The notes below the pieces were generated by a model. The model saw only the letters and a program-made list of their open reading frames with translations, had not been told where the DNA came from and did not search any database. From Bacteroidota bacterium (GTDB lineage Bacteria; Bacteroidota; Bacteroidia; AKYH767-A; OLB10), in contig JBKDSL010000006.1 of NCBI GenBank assembly GCA_046340555.1, forward strand, positions 21,480 to 85,479: a stretch of DNA of 64,000 nt. The letters are read 5' to 3'. Of this stretch, positions 26,755-36,011 are shown in pieces. The translations under genes were made by a program, and so were the position numbers. The stretch's first letter is position 1. Each line of letters starts with the position of its first letter.

Positions 26755-27450
26755 ATGAAATATCGAATATTGTTGGCGGAGGATGAGCCTTCTTTGAATG
26801 AAACAATTCGCTTGAACCTTGAATTGGAAGGTTATAAAGTCAGTGCCGTATCTGATGGTAAATCCGCACTTAAAACTTTTAAATCCGAGCGCTTCAATCT
26901 GGTTATTCTAGACGTAATGATGCCCGAAATGGATGGATTCACCGTTTGTGAATCCATACGGCTAGAGAATAACTCTGTTCCAATTCTGTTTTTAACAGCT
27001 AAGAACACTGGCTCTGATCGCGTAATGGGCTTAAAGCTTGGCGCAGATGATTACCTGAGCAAACCTTTCAATCTAGAGGAATTGCTATTGCGCGTTCAAA
27101 ATCTCCTAAAAAGGTCAACCAATGCTGTTGTTTCTCTTCCCACTAAAATCACCATTGGAAACAATTCTGTTGACTTCATCTCTCAGGAGATAACATCCAA
27201 AGACGGAAAGAAGACGCCACTCACAAAAAAGGAATTCATGCTTCTAAAGTTGTTGGTGGAACGCAGGAACGAGGTGGTTTCAAGAGAGCATATTTTGGAA
27301 ACGGTTTGGGGTTATGATGTCTATCCTTCAACTCGGACCATAGACAATTTCATTGTGTCGTTTAGAAAGTATTTTGAAGTTGACCCCGCCAACCCGGAAT
27401 ATTTTATTTCTGTAAGAGGCGTGGGTTACAAGTTTGTAGACAATGACTGA
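26755..27450 (+). CDS. Response regulator transcription factor, OmpR/PhoB family (receiver plus winged-helix domains)
   Basis: ILLAEDEP...D(52)VMMPEMDGF...K receiver signature, and C-terminal winged-helix domain (LTKKEFMLLKLLVER...VWGYD...TRTIDNFI..LRKK). No histidine kinase within several kb. Confidence 0.85.
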   Translation: MKYRILLAEDEPSLNETIRLNLELEGYKVSAVSDGKSALKTFKSERFNLVILDVMMPEMDGFTVCESIRLENNSVPILFLTAKNTGSDRVMGLKLGADDYLSKPFNLEELLLRVQNLLKRSTNAVVSLPTKITIGNNSVDFISQEITSKDGKKTPLTKKEFMLLKLLVERRNEVVSREHILETVWGYDVYPSTRTIDNFIVSFRKYFEVDPANPEYFISVRGVGYKFVDND

Positions 27451-27473
27451 TCTTTTTAAATGACTTTGGCAGT

Positions 27474-27848
27474 ATGAATCGTTTAGCTGTTTTTTTAGCA
27501 CGTTTGGTGACAATGACCTTGGCGGTCATCATCACTGATTGGATGCTTTCAGGTATAAGTGTGAGTGGTGTGCCAGCTGCAATAATAATTTCCTTGGTCT
27601 TATCGATTTTAAACCTGATAGTTAAGCCACTTTTGATTTTCTTGACACTTCCAATCACGGTTTTCACATTTGGCATTTTCCTTTTTTTTATAAATGCCTT
27701 GATTGTTCTGATTGCGGCTTGGATGGTGCCCGGATTCCAAGTTGATAGCTTCTGGTGGGCTTTGGCTTTTAGTATTATACTCTCACTAACATCCTCCGTC
27801 TTGGAAACTCTTGGCTCAAAAGGATCTACAGCAAGAAAGCACTACTGA
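27474..27848 (+). CDS. DUF360 / phage-holin family IV-like small membrane protein (YvlD-like, 4 TM helices)
   Basis: 124 aa, four hydrophobic helices, GISVSG...LLIFLTLPITVFTFGIF pattern typical of the family. Lies 24 nt downstream of the response regulator. Confidence 0.65.
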   Translation: MNRLAVFLARLVTMTLAVIITDWMLSGISVSGVPAAIIISLVLSILNLIVKPLLIFLTLPITVFTFGIFLFFINALIVLIAAWMVPGFQVDSFWWALAFSIILSLTSSVLETLGSKGSTARKHY

Positions 27849-27850
27849 TT

Positions 27851-29503
27851 TTACCGTTTACAAAGTTCTGTGTAAGGGCAATACTGACATCTTGACAAAT
27901 CGTGCGTTTGCAAAAAGGGGATGTCAGGATTATAAATTTGGTTAAGTAATTCAACTAGTCGGCTCTTAAATTCCTTCATTTTTTCAGAGTCAATTCCATG
28001 TTTTGGGAAGGATACCCCATCTTTCAACTGCCTGACTGCATAAAACCCGGCTTTTACATTTCTTTCAGGATGAATGCTTTCATAAAGCAATTTATAAAGA
28101 TGTAGTTGGAAAAGTGTTTTCTTTTTAGGATTCTTGAAAAGTTCGATAATGCCGGCTGATTCGAGTTCCACATTGCCCGTCTTATAATCGATAATACGAT
28201 AGCCATCATTCACCAAATCGACGCGATCGAAAATTCCTGTCAAATTGATTTCTTCCTGCCCGATTTCAATAGATGTATTGAATCTTCCTTCGGTTTTTTC
28301 AATGGTGAAAGGCGTTGATTTTTGATCTGCCTTTAAAATCTTTACCACCATGGTTTTTATCACTTCTCCCGTCAGTATATCGGTTCCTTGAAGTTGATTG
28401 TATTTTGTTGAAAACTCATCATCAACCACGTCTTCTACCAACCGATTGCTTTTTAACAACATCTCATTCACGTCGTCATTCGCAACGAATTTTACTTGGA
28501 ATGGAGCATAAAGCAATTCCATGACCTTATGCAGGATATTTCCAAATCCTGCAGCATCAATTTTTTCTGAATCTTCTTGTTCTTCACGAAGCCCCGCAAC
28601 ATGTTTAAAATAGAATTGTAAGGAGCAATTTATATAAGTAGAAATTGCCGTGCTAGACAATGCACCTCGTTTTTCCGTTTCTGCCCCTTTAATAAAGTAC
28701 TGTAGGGTCTCCATTACTGAAGCGTCCTTCGTTATGGATATGGGTTCATATGACGGTGAACCCAAAGAAGCTGCAACCGATCGTTGATTTATTTTTATGT
28801 TAGGAGATGACTTTGGACCGACTTCGCGAATTAATTGTTGGATATATCTTGAAGGCTCGCCACCGCCAGTTGCCCCGGCTTCCGAATTGTATGTTAGGTA
28901 TATCCGTTTGGCTCTATGCAGTAATCTATAGAAATGATACGCGTAGGATGATTCACGCTCCAAATAAGTTGATAAACCGAAAGCCTTCCGTAGAGCGAAT
29001 GGGATAAACGAGTGGTGCTGGCCATCTGCAGGCAATACTCCCTCGTTTACATTTAGTAAAATGATGTTTTCAAAATCCAACCCCCGGGTTTCTAAAAAAC
29101 CCATTACTTGTAGTCCTTGAACGGGCTCGCCAGAAAACGGTATTCTTAATGCATTAACCAAGTCTCTGATGATTGTCCAAGCTGTTTCTGTGCGAATTTC
29201 GGTTAAATGGTTTTTTAAAAGATTCTCCGCTTTTTGAATTTCTGCTGCCATGAAACGCAATATGTCATTTTCAAAGCCAGGCCTATTTGTGCCGTTTTCG
29301 ACAATCAGCAATAACAAGTTTGATACATTTTGAAAAGTACTTGAAGAGTCTTCTGCACCTTTAAATACCTTTACCGCATCTTCAAATCCGAATAAATCTG
29401 AAATTTGATTACTGTTCAACCTCCATTCATGTATTTTCGGATCGGGTCTTTGGATTGAAAATGATGATGCAATGAGTGGGTGAGCTATGGTCTGTTTTAC
29501 CAT
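27851..29503 (-). CDS. PD-(D/E)XK nuclease family protein (AddB-like), C-terminal fragment with RecB-type nuclease domain and Cys cluster
   Basis: IIDYKTG nuclease motif and terminal CQYCPYTELC. Lies in the same frame as the upstream 29525..30637 ORF, separated from it by a single TGA. Confidence 0.7.
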   Translation of the reverse strand: MVKQTIAHPLIASSFSIQRPDPKIHEWRLNSNQISDLFGFEDAVKVFKGAEDSSSTFQNVSNLLLLIVENGTNRPGFENDILRFMAAEIQKAENLLKNHLTEIRTETAWTIIRDLVNALRIPFSGEPVQGLQVMGFLETRGLDFENIILLNVNEGVLPADGQHHSFIPFALRKAFGLSTYLERESSYAYHFYRLLHRAKRIYLTYNSEAGATGGGEPSRYIQQLIREVGPKSSPNIKINQRSVAASLGSPSYEPISITKDASVMETLQYFIKGAETEKRGALSSTAISTYINCSLQFYFKHVAGLREEQEDSEKIDAAGFGNILHKVMELLYAPFQVKFVANDDVNEMLLKSNRLVEDVVDDEFSTKYNQLQGTDILTGEVIKTMVVKILKADQKSTPFTIEKTEGRFNTSIEIGQEEINLTGIFDRVDLVNDGYRIIDYKTGNVELESAGIIELFKNPKKKTLFQLHLYKLLYESIHPERNVKAGFYAVRQLKDGVSFPKHGIDSEKMKEFKSRLVELLNQIYNPDIPFLQTHDLSRCQYCPYTELCKR

Positions 29504-29524
29504 TCTGAGGTCGAATAAACATTC

Positions 29525-30637
29525 TCAATTTGCGCTTTTAACACCTGCTTCTGCTAGCCTCTTTAGTGTTACTATAAAACTGGCGAATTGCGATTGCTTC
29601 AATGGAAATCCCATCGTGACATTGAGGGAGTTTATTTCCTCAGGTATTGCGAAAAGCACAGGTAGCAAGGTCTTTTCATCCGGCAGAATGACGGCAGTCC
29701 GTTGAATGGATTCAGGAGATTCCTTGCAAATGTCTTTCAGTAATTGACCTGTTAGTTTTGCTTGACCAGCCAACAATGGTACGGATATGATATCGATTAC
29801 TTTTGGTTTTGTTGATATTCGATCAGTTGGTTTTGTTGGATGTGTCTTGAGGATTTCCGATTCACGGAAGTAGGCGCCAGCTTCATGCAATGGGTCTTTC
29901 ACATAAAGGTCATCCGTATCCCATTTTATTTCAGTTTTGGTCAGTTTGCCTAACTCTGAAATCATCCTTTCTTCAATTAATGAAAACCCATGAAAACCCG
30001 CGAATACTATCTTTTCGTGATTAGGCTTGTAATTCCCCTCCTTCAGATCTTTGAGGAACAGTCGGTAGCTTCTGCCCTCGTAAGATAGGTTTCTCTTGGT
30101 TAGCTCCTGTTGGAATCCCTCGTAAATAGATCTTAGGTTGTTCCAGTTTTCGGCAAATTCCTTTTGTAGCTTGGTGAGACTGCCCACGTCCATGGTTTTG
30201 ATGAAACCAGTAAGGAATTTCAATGATTCTGCATCAGGAAGAAATTTAGCATCAATCAACTTAAGTTCAGCGATGTTCCTAAACATAAATACGGGGTCTT
30301 CCACTTGTTTGTCGGCTTCATCAAAATCACCAAGCAACATTCTTCCCCAAGGGTAAAATTTTCCAAAGTCATGCTGCGGCCAATGGATTTTGTACACATC
30401 GTAAAGCGTGGTTAACAATTCCATTTCTTCGCTTACGGGGTAGCCTGAACTGGTTGAAACAAAATCGGCAATCGACATTACCTTCGGCGCCCATACAGGT
30501 TTTCCAATATGATGGGCAAAACGGTTTCTGAAAATAAGACATGCCCTTCTTGTTGGGAAGACCACACTCACCTTACTTGGGTCCGACAATCCCTGGGCAA
30601 TTAATTCTTTTGCTATTTCATCTATGAAAGTATCCAT
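29525..30637 (-). CDS. PD-(D/E)XK nuclease family protein (AddB-like), N-terminal fragment with degenerate helicase-like domain
   Basis: VVFPTRRACLIF N-terminal motif of the Bacteroidota AddB-like family. Ends at the in-frame TGA at 29525-29527. Confidence 0.7.
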   Translation of the reverse strand: MDTFIDEIAKELIAQGLSDPSKVSVVFPTRRACLIFRNRFAHHIGKPVWAPKVMSIADFVSTSSGYPVSEEMELLTTLYDVYKIHWPQHDFGKFYPWGRMLLGDFDEADKQVEDPVFMFRNIAELKLIDAKFLPDAESLKFLTGFIKTMDVGSLTKLQKEFAENWNNLRSIYEGFQQELTKRNLSYEGRSYRLFLKDLKEGNYKPNHEKIVFAGFHGFSLIEERMISELGKLTKTEIKWDTDDLYVKDPLHEAGAYFRESEILKTHPTKPTDRISTKPKVIDIISVPLLAGQAKLTGQLLKDICKESPESIQRTAVILPDEKTLLPVLFAIPEEINSLNVTMGFPLKQSQFASFIVTLKRLAEAGVKSAN

Positions 30638-30705
30638 TATTGTAAAGTTGGCAAAAATGAAGGGTAGTTCTAACTTTAAATTAAATTTTTGCGCAATTTT
30701 AGCAA

Positions 30706-31272
30706 GTGTGTCGTAACATCCTCAAATACACGATTTTCATTTTTTTTGTTGCATCGATTTCGCCGGGATGTAATAGGAGGTTTTCTGATTTACAGACAGA
30801 ACCTGACAATTCAAATCCTTCCCTTGGGGCATTTTGGGAAGTATCAGAGGAAAAACATGGTGGTTTCCCGTGCCAGTCTGATGTTTCTGTTCCAAATCGT
30901 TATCGACTAGTTCAACCAGACACTTCTTACGTTTTTGGTCAATTACGGAATTCAAAAGGGTTGACCGATACAATAACAGTTCAATTGCCTATGTCGGACG
31001 GCTCCTTGGTTTTCGCAAGACTTTCCCGTTCAGCATCTGTTCCTTTGGAGTTTGATTCCAAGTATGGGATTTCTGCTTATTCAGGGAAGGTTTCTGGATT
31101 GGATGGTTCAATGGTCAGGCTAGAGAAGGATCCGAAAAAGGGACTTCGACTTATGGTATTGGTTAAGTCTTGGACTAGCATATTGCTTCAGGTTTGCAAT
31201 CAAGAGCCATGGCATTATGTGGTCTTTGAAAAGAATGATTTGCCCACCGGAGCTAAAACCGGATTCGAATAA
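30706..31272 (+). CDS. Hypothetical lipoprotein
   Basis: N-terminus MCRNILKYTIFIFFVASISPGC is lipobox-like. No family recognised. Confidence 0.45.
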   Translation: MCRNILKYTIFIFFVASISPGCNRRFSDLQTEPDNSNPSLGAFWEVSEEKHGGFPCQSDVSVPNRYRLVQPDTSYVFGQLRNSKGLTDTITVQLPMSDGSLVFARLSRSASVPLEFDSKYGISAYSGKVSGLDGSMVRLEKDPKKGLRLMVLVKSWTSILLQVCNQEPWHYVVFEKNDLPTGAKTGFE

Positions 31273-31326
31273 ACTTTAATTCATAATATTGGTTTCTAAA
31301 TTTCCAACCGTAATACTCCCAATAAA

Positions 31327-33540
31327 ATGAGAAAATCATTACTTCTATTGGTTTTTGCGCTGATTAACATTGGACACATCCATGCTGAAACGTGGAAACC
31401 AATAGATATAAGCGCCGTTAGACTTAATGGGAAGCGTTTGATTAAACCTGTCCAATTTAGAGCCTACCAAATAGACCCAAACAAATTTAAGTTGCTTTGG
31501 GGCCAAGCTCCGATATTGGATGGCGCTAATTCTCGCTCCCATTCTATGGTAATCAGCATCCCTTCACCTGATGGAGTCATGATGGAGTTTGCTGTTTTCC
31601 AAAATGAGGTTCTACCAGTTCAGTTGAAACAGAAATATCCAAGCTTATCCACATACTCTGGTCAAGGTATCACAGACCCCAACTCTTTCGCTGTATTTGA
31701 TTTTACCGAGCAGGGGTTTCATGCCATGGTCCTTTCTCCCAATGGAACTTATTTTATCGATCCCGTTACGTTGTCTGACCCTGATTACTATCTGGCTTAT
31801 TACAAGAAGGACTTTATAACCGATAAAAGATTTGAATGTCTTACCGAAACATTGCGTCCCGTAACCGACGCACACCAGCCGTGTTCCCCTGGACAAACAT
31901 TGAATCGATCAGTAGGAACGCAACTAAAAACTTATCGTTTGGCAATGGCTGCCACGGGAGAATATTCTGCCTTTCATGGTGGTACTGTTGCAGGAGCTCT
32001 TTCTGCCATTGTAACATCCGTTAATCGAGTTTCCGGTATCTATGAAAGGGACTTGGCTATCCGTTTCAGCCTTATCCCCAATACTGATACATTGATTTAT
32101 TTGAATCCCAATAATGACCCATACACCAACAGCATTGGAGGTACTATGCTTGGTCAAAATCAGACTACAGTTAACAATATCATCGGTGGGTTCAATTACG
32201 ATATCGGACACGTATTCAGTACGGGTGGAGGAGGTATAGCCGGACTCGGAGTAGTTTGCAATTTCTCCAACAAGGCTCGTGGTGTAACAGGCTCACCTTC
32301 TCCAGTGGGAGACCCCTTCGATGTTGATTATGTTGCCCATGAAATCGGTCATCAATTCGGAGGAAATCATACTTTTAATTGTGAAGTTGGTTCTTGTTCG
32401 GGTAATCGAGCATTCAATGCAGCATATGAGCCGGGAAGCGGAAGTACTATTATGGCTTACGCTGGAATTTGTGGTAACAACAATTTGCAGACCAATAGCG
32501 ATGACTATTTCCATGCCAAAAGCTTTGACGAAATCATCATTTACACCACCACAGGCTTCGGTTCCAATTGCCCTCAAGTCACTGCAACTGGCAATACGCC
32601 ACCAGTAATAAATCCCATTCAAACTCGCATTATTCCTTATTTGACTCCTTTCAGGATGACAGCTGATGCCTATGACCCTGATGGCGACCCATTAACTTAT
32701 TGTTGGGAGCAGTATGATTTGGGTCCAGCTGGTACCTGGAGCGCACCCATAGGGAATGCACCAATTTTCCGTTCATTTGATCCCACCTCCTCCCCAACAA
32801 GGTTGTTCCCTCGATTGTTGAACATCTTGAATAACAGCCAAACAATAGGAGAGGTCAAGCCTGCCTACGCACGAACGCTGAACTTCAGGTTGACTGTACG
32901 CGATAATCGTTTGAATGGCGGTGGAGTCACTAACAATGATACTACCTTTCAGGTTCAGGTGATTAATACGGGCCAGGCTTTCTCAATTACCTCTCAAAAT
33001 GTAACTGGGGTGGTTTGGGCAGCCGGTTCTACCGAGACTATCACATGGGATGTAGGTGGAAGCGATTTAGCTCCAATTAGCACGCCTTTGGTTAATATTC
33101 TGTTATCAACGGATGGCGGGCAAACATTCCCGATTGTATTGGCTTCCCAGGTTCCTAATAATGGATCATTTCAAGTTCAAGCGCCTTTTGTAAACACTTC
33201 TACCGCACGCGTGATGGTTGAAGGCGATGGTAATATATTCTTTGATATTAACGACCGCAATTTCACTATAGGCATTACTTCCGTATACGAGATGCAGGCT
33301 GCTTTTCCAGTTTCTGTATCTCCCAACCCTGCAATTGGTTCGTTTGAAATTCAGCTCGCTGAATCACGGTTCGAACATGTTTTGCAGTTGTTAGACCTTA
33401 AAGGAAAATCCGTTTTGGAACTTCCACTTGTGGGTTCATCCAACTATGTAGATGTATCCAGGCTTTCGAGGGGCCTATACTTTTACAGGGTTTTGCGTAG
33501 CGATGGTGCTTTAGTAAACGGCAAACTGGTGGTCCAATAA
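31327..33540 (+). CDS. Secreted metzincin zinc metalloprotease (reprolysin-like) with T9SS C-terminal sorting domain
   Basis: Signal peptide, HEIGHQFGGNH (HExxHxxGxxH), and a C-terminal VSPNPAIGSF...LSRGLYFYRV...KLVV T9SS domain. Confidence 0.75.
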   Translation: MRKSLLLLVFALINIGHIHAETWKPIDISAVRLNGKRLIKPVQFRAYQIDPNKFKLLWGQAPILDGANSRSHSMVISIPSPDGVMMEFAVFQNEVLPVQLKQKYPSLSTYSGQGITDPNSFAVFDFTEQGFHAMVLSPNGTYFIDPVTLSDPDYYLAYYKKDFITDKRFECLTETLRPVTDAHQPCSPGQTLNRSVGTQLKTYRLAMAATGEYSAFHGGTVAGALSAIVTSVNRVSGIYERDLAIRFSLIPNTDTLIYLNPNNDPYTNSIGGTMLGQNQTTVNNIIGGFNYDIGHVFSTGGGGIAGLGVVCNFSNKARGVTGSPSPVGDPFDVDYVAHEIGHQFGGNHTFNCEVGSCSGNRAFNAAYEPGSGSTIMAYAGICGNNNLQTNSDDYFHAKSFDEIIIYTTTGFGSNCPQVTATGNTPPVINPIQTRIIPYLTPFRMTADAYDPDGDPLTYCWEQYDLGPAGTWSAPIGNAPIFRSFDPTSSPTRLFPRLLNILNNSQTIGEVKPAYARTLNFRLTVRDNRLNGGGVTNNDTTFQVQVINTGQAFSITSQNVTGVVWAAGSTETITWDVGGSDLAPISTPLVNILLSTDGGQTFPIVLASQVPNNGSFQVQAPFVNTSTARVMVEGDGNIFFDINDRNFTIGITSVYEMQAAFPVSVSPNPAIGSFEIQLAESRFEHVLQLLDLKGKSVLELPLVGSSNYVDVSRLSRGLYFYRVLRSDGALVNGKLVVQ

Positions 33541-33546
33541 CAAATA

Positions 33547-35958
33547 TCAGAAATCCAGTATAACACCGATTGTCGGTAAAACCGTTCCGCTTTCATCATT
33601 GATGAAAAATGTTTTGTAGCGGGTTGGATCTGCTGGATCTTCAACTGGTTTTCCATTTGCATCGGTCCTGACAAATAGAATATCGGGTTCTTCGGATTTG
33701 AAATTGTACAGGTTTTCAATATCCAAATAAAGATTCAATGACCATTTGTTGAAGAACCACGATTTGTCTACTCGAACATCTAGCTGATGGAAATCGGGAA
33801 CACGTTGTGTATTTAACTTTCTGTAATCGAGAATGCCCACACCTGTTGCATCCCAATTGGATTTGATGGATGATGTAGCCACGTCATAAGGTGTGTATGG
33901 TCGGCCTGTTACATATCTCCATTTGAGACCGGTTTCCCAATTTCGAGACCACTTTTTACCGGCTGTAATAGTGGTAAATAGGTTGTTGTCCCAGGAGGAT
34001 GCAACGAATTTGTTGTTTCCTGAATCGAATTCGCTGTTGACCAAGGTTAAGGAAACAATGCCATAAATGCCGGATGCGGATCTTCGCTGAGCCATCAGCT
34101 CGATTCCTTGTGCCCTTCCAGAGGAAACAGGAACAACCGATTCATTTCCTACTACTCCGAAATCTGATCCTAGGTTGGCGAGGCTTATGCCTTTTTGTAT
34201 GGATAATGGATAATTCGAATAGTTTTTGGAAAATGCCTCAAGGGTGATTTTGGATGATTCATCCGGGTTGTACTGAAAACCGCCAATTATTTGATCACAT
34301 CGAATATAACGTGACTGACTTTTGTTCTGCAAGTTGCCGAAACCGTCTGCAAACCCAAGTATCGTATAAGAAGGCAGCTGGTGGTAAATACCTGCATTTG
34401 CGTTTAAACTCAGCTTTTTGGTTAGTTGATAGGATAATGCAGCACGTGGAGAAAACTGCTCCAAAGGGTTGCTTGTTTTTTGGGAGTAGCCTGTGGCATC
34501 AGTTCGAACGCCACCTGTGATGCGTGCTTTTGAGTCTAAAAACTCTCGACTAACTGAAATGAAACCAGCGTATTTTATGAAATCTATAGCCGATTTATAG
34601 GATATCTTGGCGGAACCGTTAGGGGTTTGGATGCTGTTGAATCCGTTAAGATCGAAGGAGACATATTCTAACCCTACTCCTGCTAAAATCTTATAGGGGC
34701 CGGCAAATAACACACGCTCAACGCGGAGTTTGGTCTCCGACTCTCCCGATTCATATTCCGCAGTTTTAAGGCTTGGGTCTTCGTTTCTGTTTTCGAAGTA
34801 TTTCCCTGATTCATTGAAAAGCTTATTGGTGCTCAATACCACACTGGAGAATCCATTTTTACCATAACGTTTGTAATTAACACCGGTAGTGTAATTCCAT
34901 TGGCTGTTTTCGGGAATCGAGCTAAGGAAAAAATCATTTCGCTCTTTTGTTTCTATGTCCTCAACTCCTTCGTTAACGGATTCATTCAATACGAATACAT
35001 CATAAGCTGCCAGTCCTAGCCAGGTGATTTCGTTTTTCTCATCAAATCTATGTGTCAATTTGAATTGCATGTCGTTGAACGTCGGCAGAAACGGCAATTT
35101 GAAAACTTTGAAAAGGAATTGTAAATAGGAGCGTCGCGCCGAAAAAAGGTAGGTGGTTTTAGGGCTTATTGGTCCATCAAAAGTTATTCCTGTTTCTGAT
35201 GAACCGATGGAGAACCTAACGCCATGTTTCTCCCTGTTACCTTCGATCTGTTTGAAGTCCATGACTGAGCTTAGTGCGTTTCCCCTTGAAACGGGAAATG
35301 CTCCCGAGTAAAAGTCTACCTCACGTAGGAAATCCACATTGATGATTCCAACAGGTCCACCTGTGGAGCCTTGGGTTTGAAAATGGTTAATTACGGGGAT
35401 TTCAATTCCATCCAAAAAGAATTTGTTTTCTGCAGGCGAACCTCCTCTGATGATGATATCGTTTCTGAAGCTAGGTGACGAGGCTACTCCGGGCAATGAG
35501 CGTATTACCTGGGAAATATCTCGGTTACCTCCCGGATTTCTTTCTATTTCCCTGATGCCTATGGTTTGCAAGGATACTGGGCTTTCTTCCTTTTTGACAA
35601 ATTGAGGTGCTTTGATTTCTACTTCTGTAAGTATGGTAGACGCGGATTCGAGTGATATTTCAATGTAAGGGGATTTCTCTTTGGTTACAAAAATATCAGA
35701 CGAAACAGCGGGCTTATAACCTACGCAGGAAACTAGCAGGCGAATGTATCCCTCTTGTTTGGTAATGATGGTGAATTTCCCTTCAGTATCTGTAGTTGTG
35801 CCTAATGAGGTGCCTTCAATGGCAACTGAAGCAAACGGTATTCCTATGCCGGTTTTAATGTCCGTTACTTTCCCCGTGATTGTTCCGTCAGCGACAAGCA
35901 AGGAAGGATAAAAAAAAGCCAATATGGCTAGAGAGATAAAGAGTGTTTGGTTTTTCAT
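33547..35958 (-). CDS. TonB-dependent outer-membrane receptor with N-terminal carboxypeptidase-regulatory-like domain
   Basis: Signal peptide, then GKVTD...GIPFASVAIEGTSLGTTTDTEGKFTI (CarbopepD_reg), a plug domain, a long beta-barrel, and a C-terminal aromatic residue (terminal F). Confidence 0.85.
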   Translation of the reverse strand: MKNQTLFISLAILAFFYPSLLVADGTITGKVTDIKTGIGIPFASVAIEGTSLGTTTDTEGKFTIITKQEGYIRLLVSCVGYKPAVSSDIFVTKEKSPYIEISLESASTILTEVEIKAPQFVKKEESPVSLQTIGIREIERNPGGNRDISQVIRSLPGVASSPSFRNDIIIRGGSPAENKFFLDGIEIPVINHFQTQGSTGGPVGIINVDFLREVDFYSGAFPVSRGNALSSVMDFKQIEGNREKHGVRFSIGSSETGITFDGPISPKTTYLFSARRSYLQFLFKVFKLPFLPTFNDMQFKLTHRFDEKNEITWLGLAAYDVFVLNESVNEGVEDIETKERNDFFLSSIPENSQWNYTTGVNYKRYGKNGFSSVVLSTNKLFNESGKYFENRNEDPSLKTAEYESGESETKLRVERVLFAGPYKILAGVGLEYVSFDLNGFNSIQTPNGSAKISYKSAIDFIKYAGFISVSREFLDSKARITGGVRTDATGYSQKTSNPLEQFSPRAALSYQLTKKLSLNANAGIYHQLPSYTILGFADGFGNLQNKSQSRYIRCDQIIGGFQYNPDESSKITLEAFSKNYSNYPLSIQKGISLANLGSDFGVVGNESVVPVSSGRAQGIELMAQRRSASGIYGIVSLTLVNSEFDSGNNKFVASSWDNNLFTTITAGKKWSRNWETGLKWRYVTGRPYTPYDVATSSIKSNWDATGVGILDYRKLNTQRVPDFHQLDVRVDKSWFFNKWSLNLYLDIENLYNFKSEEPDILFVRTDANGKPVEDPADPTRYKTFFINDESGTVLPTIGVILDF

Positions 35959-36011
35959 TAGATGTAAAACAAAAAATGACAGGTTATGGTTTTCTGTCAG
36001 TACAATTCATT

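Larger units (their letters stand above)
27851..30637 (-). pseudogene. Approximately 930-aa AddB-like PD-(D/E)XK nuclease gene interrupted by one in-frame TGA (candidate pseudogene or sequencing error)
   Basis: Both fragments share a frame (end coordinates 30637 and 29503 give the same remainder mod 3). The only stop between them is TGA at 29525-29527. The read-through peptide would be ...KSAN*ECLFDLRMVKQ... Confidence 0.55.

Noticed and set aside
29525-29527. In-frame TGA considered as selenocysteine or a recoded codon
   Set aside because: TGA terminates many clearly complete genes in this window. No SECIS-like hairpin follows it. A nonsense mutation or sequencing error is far more likely.
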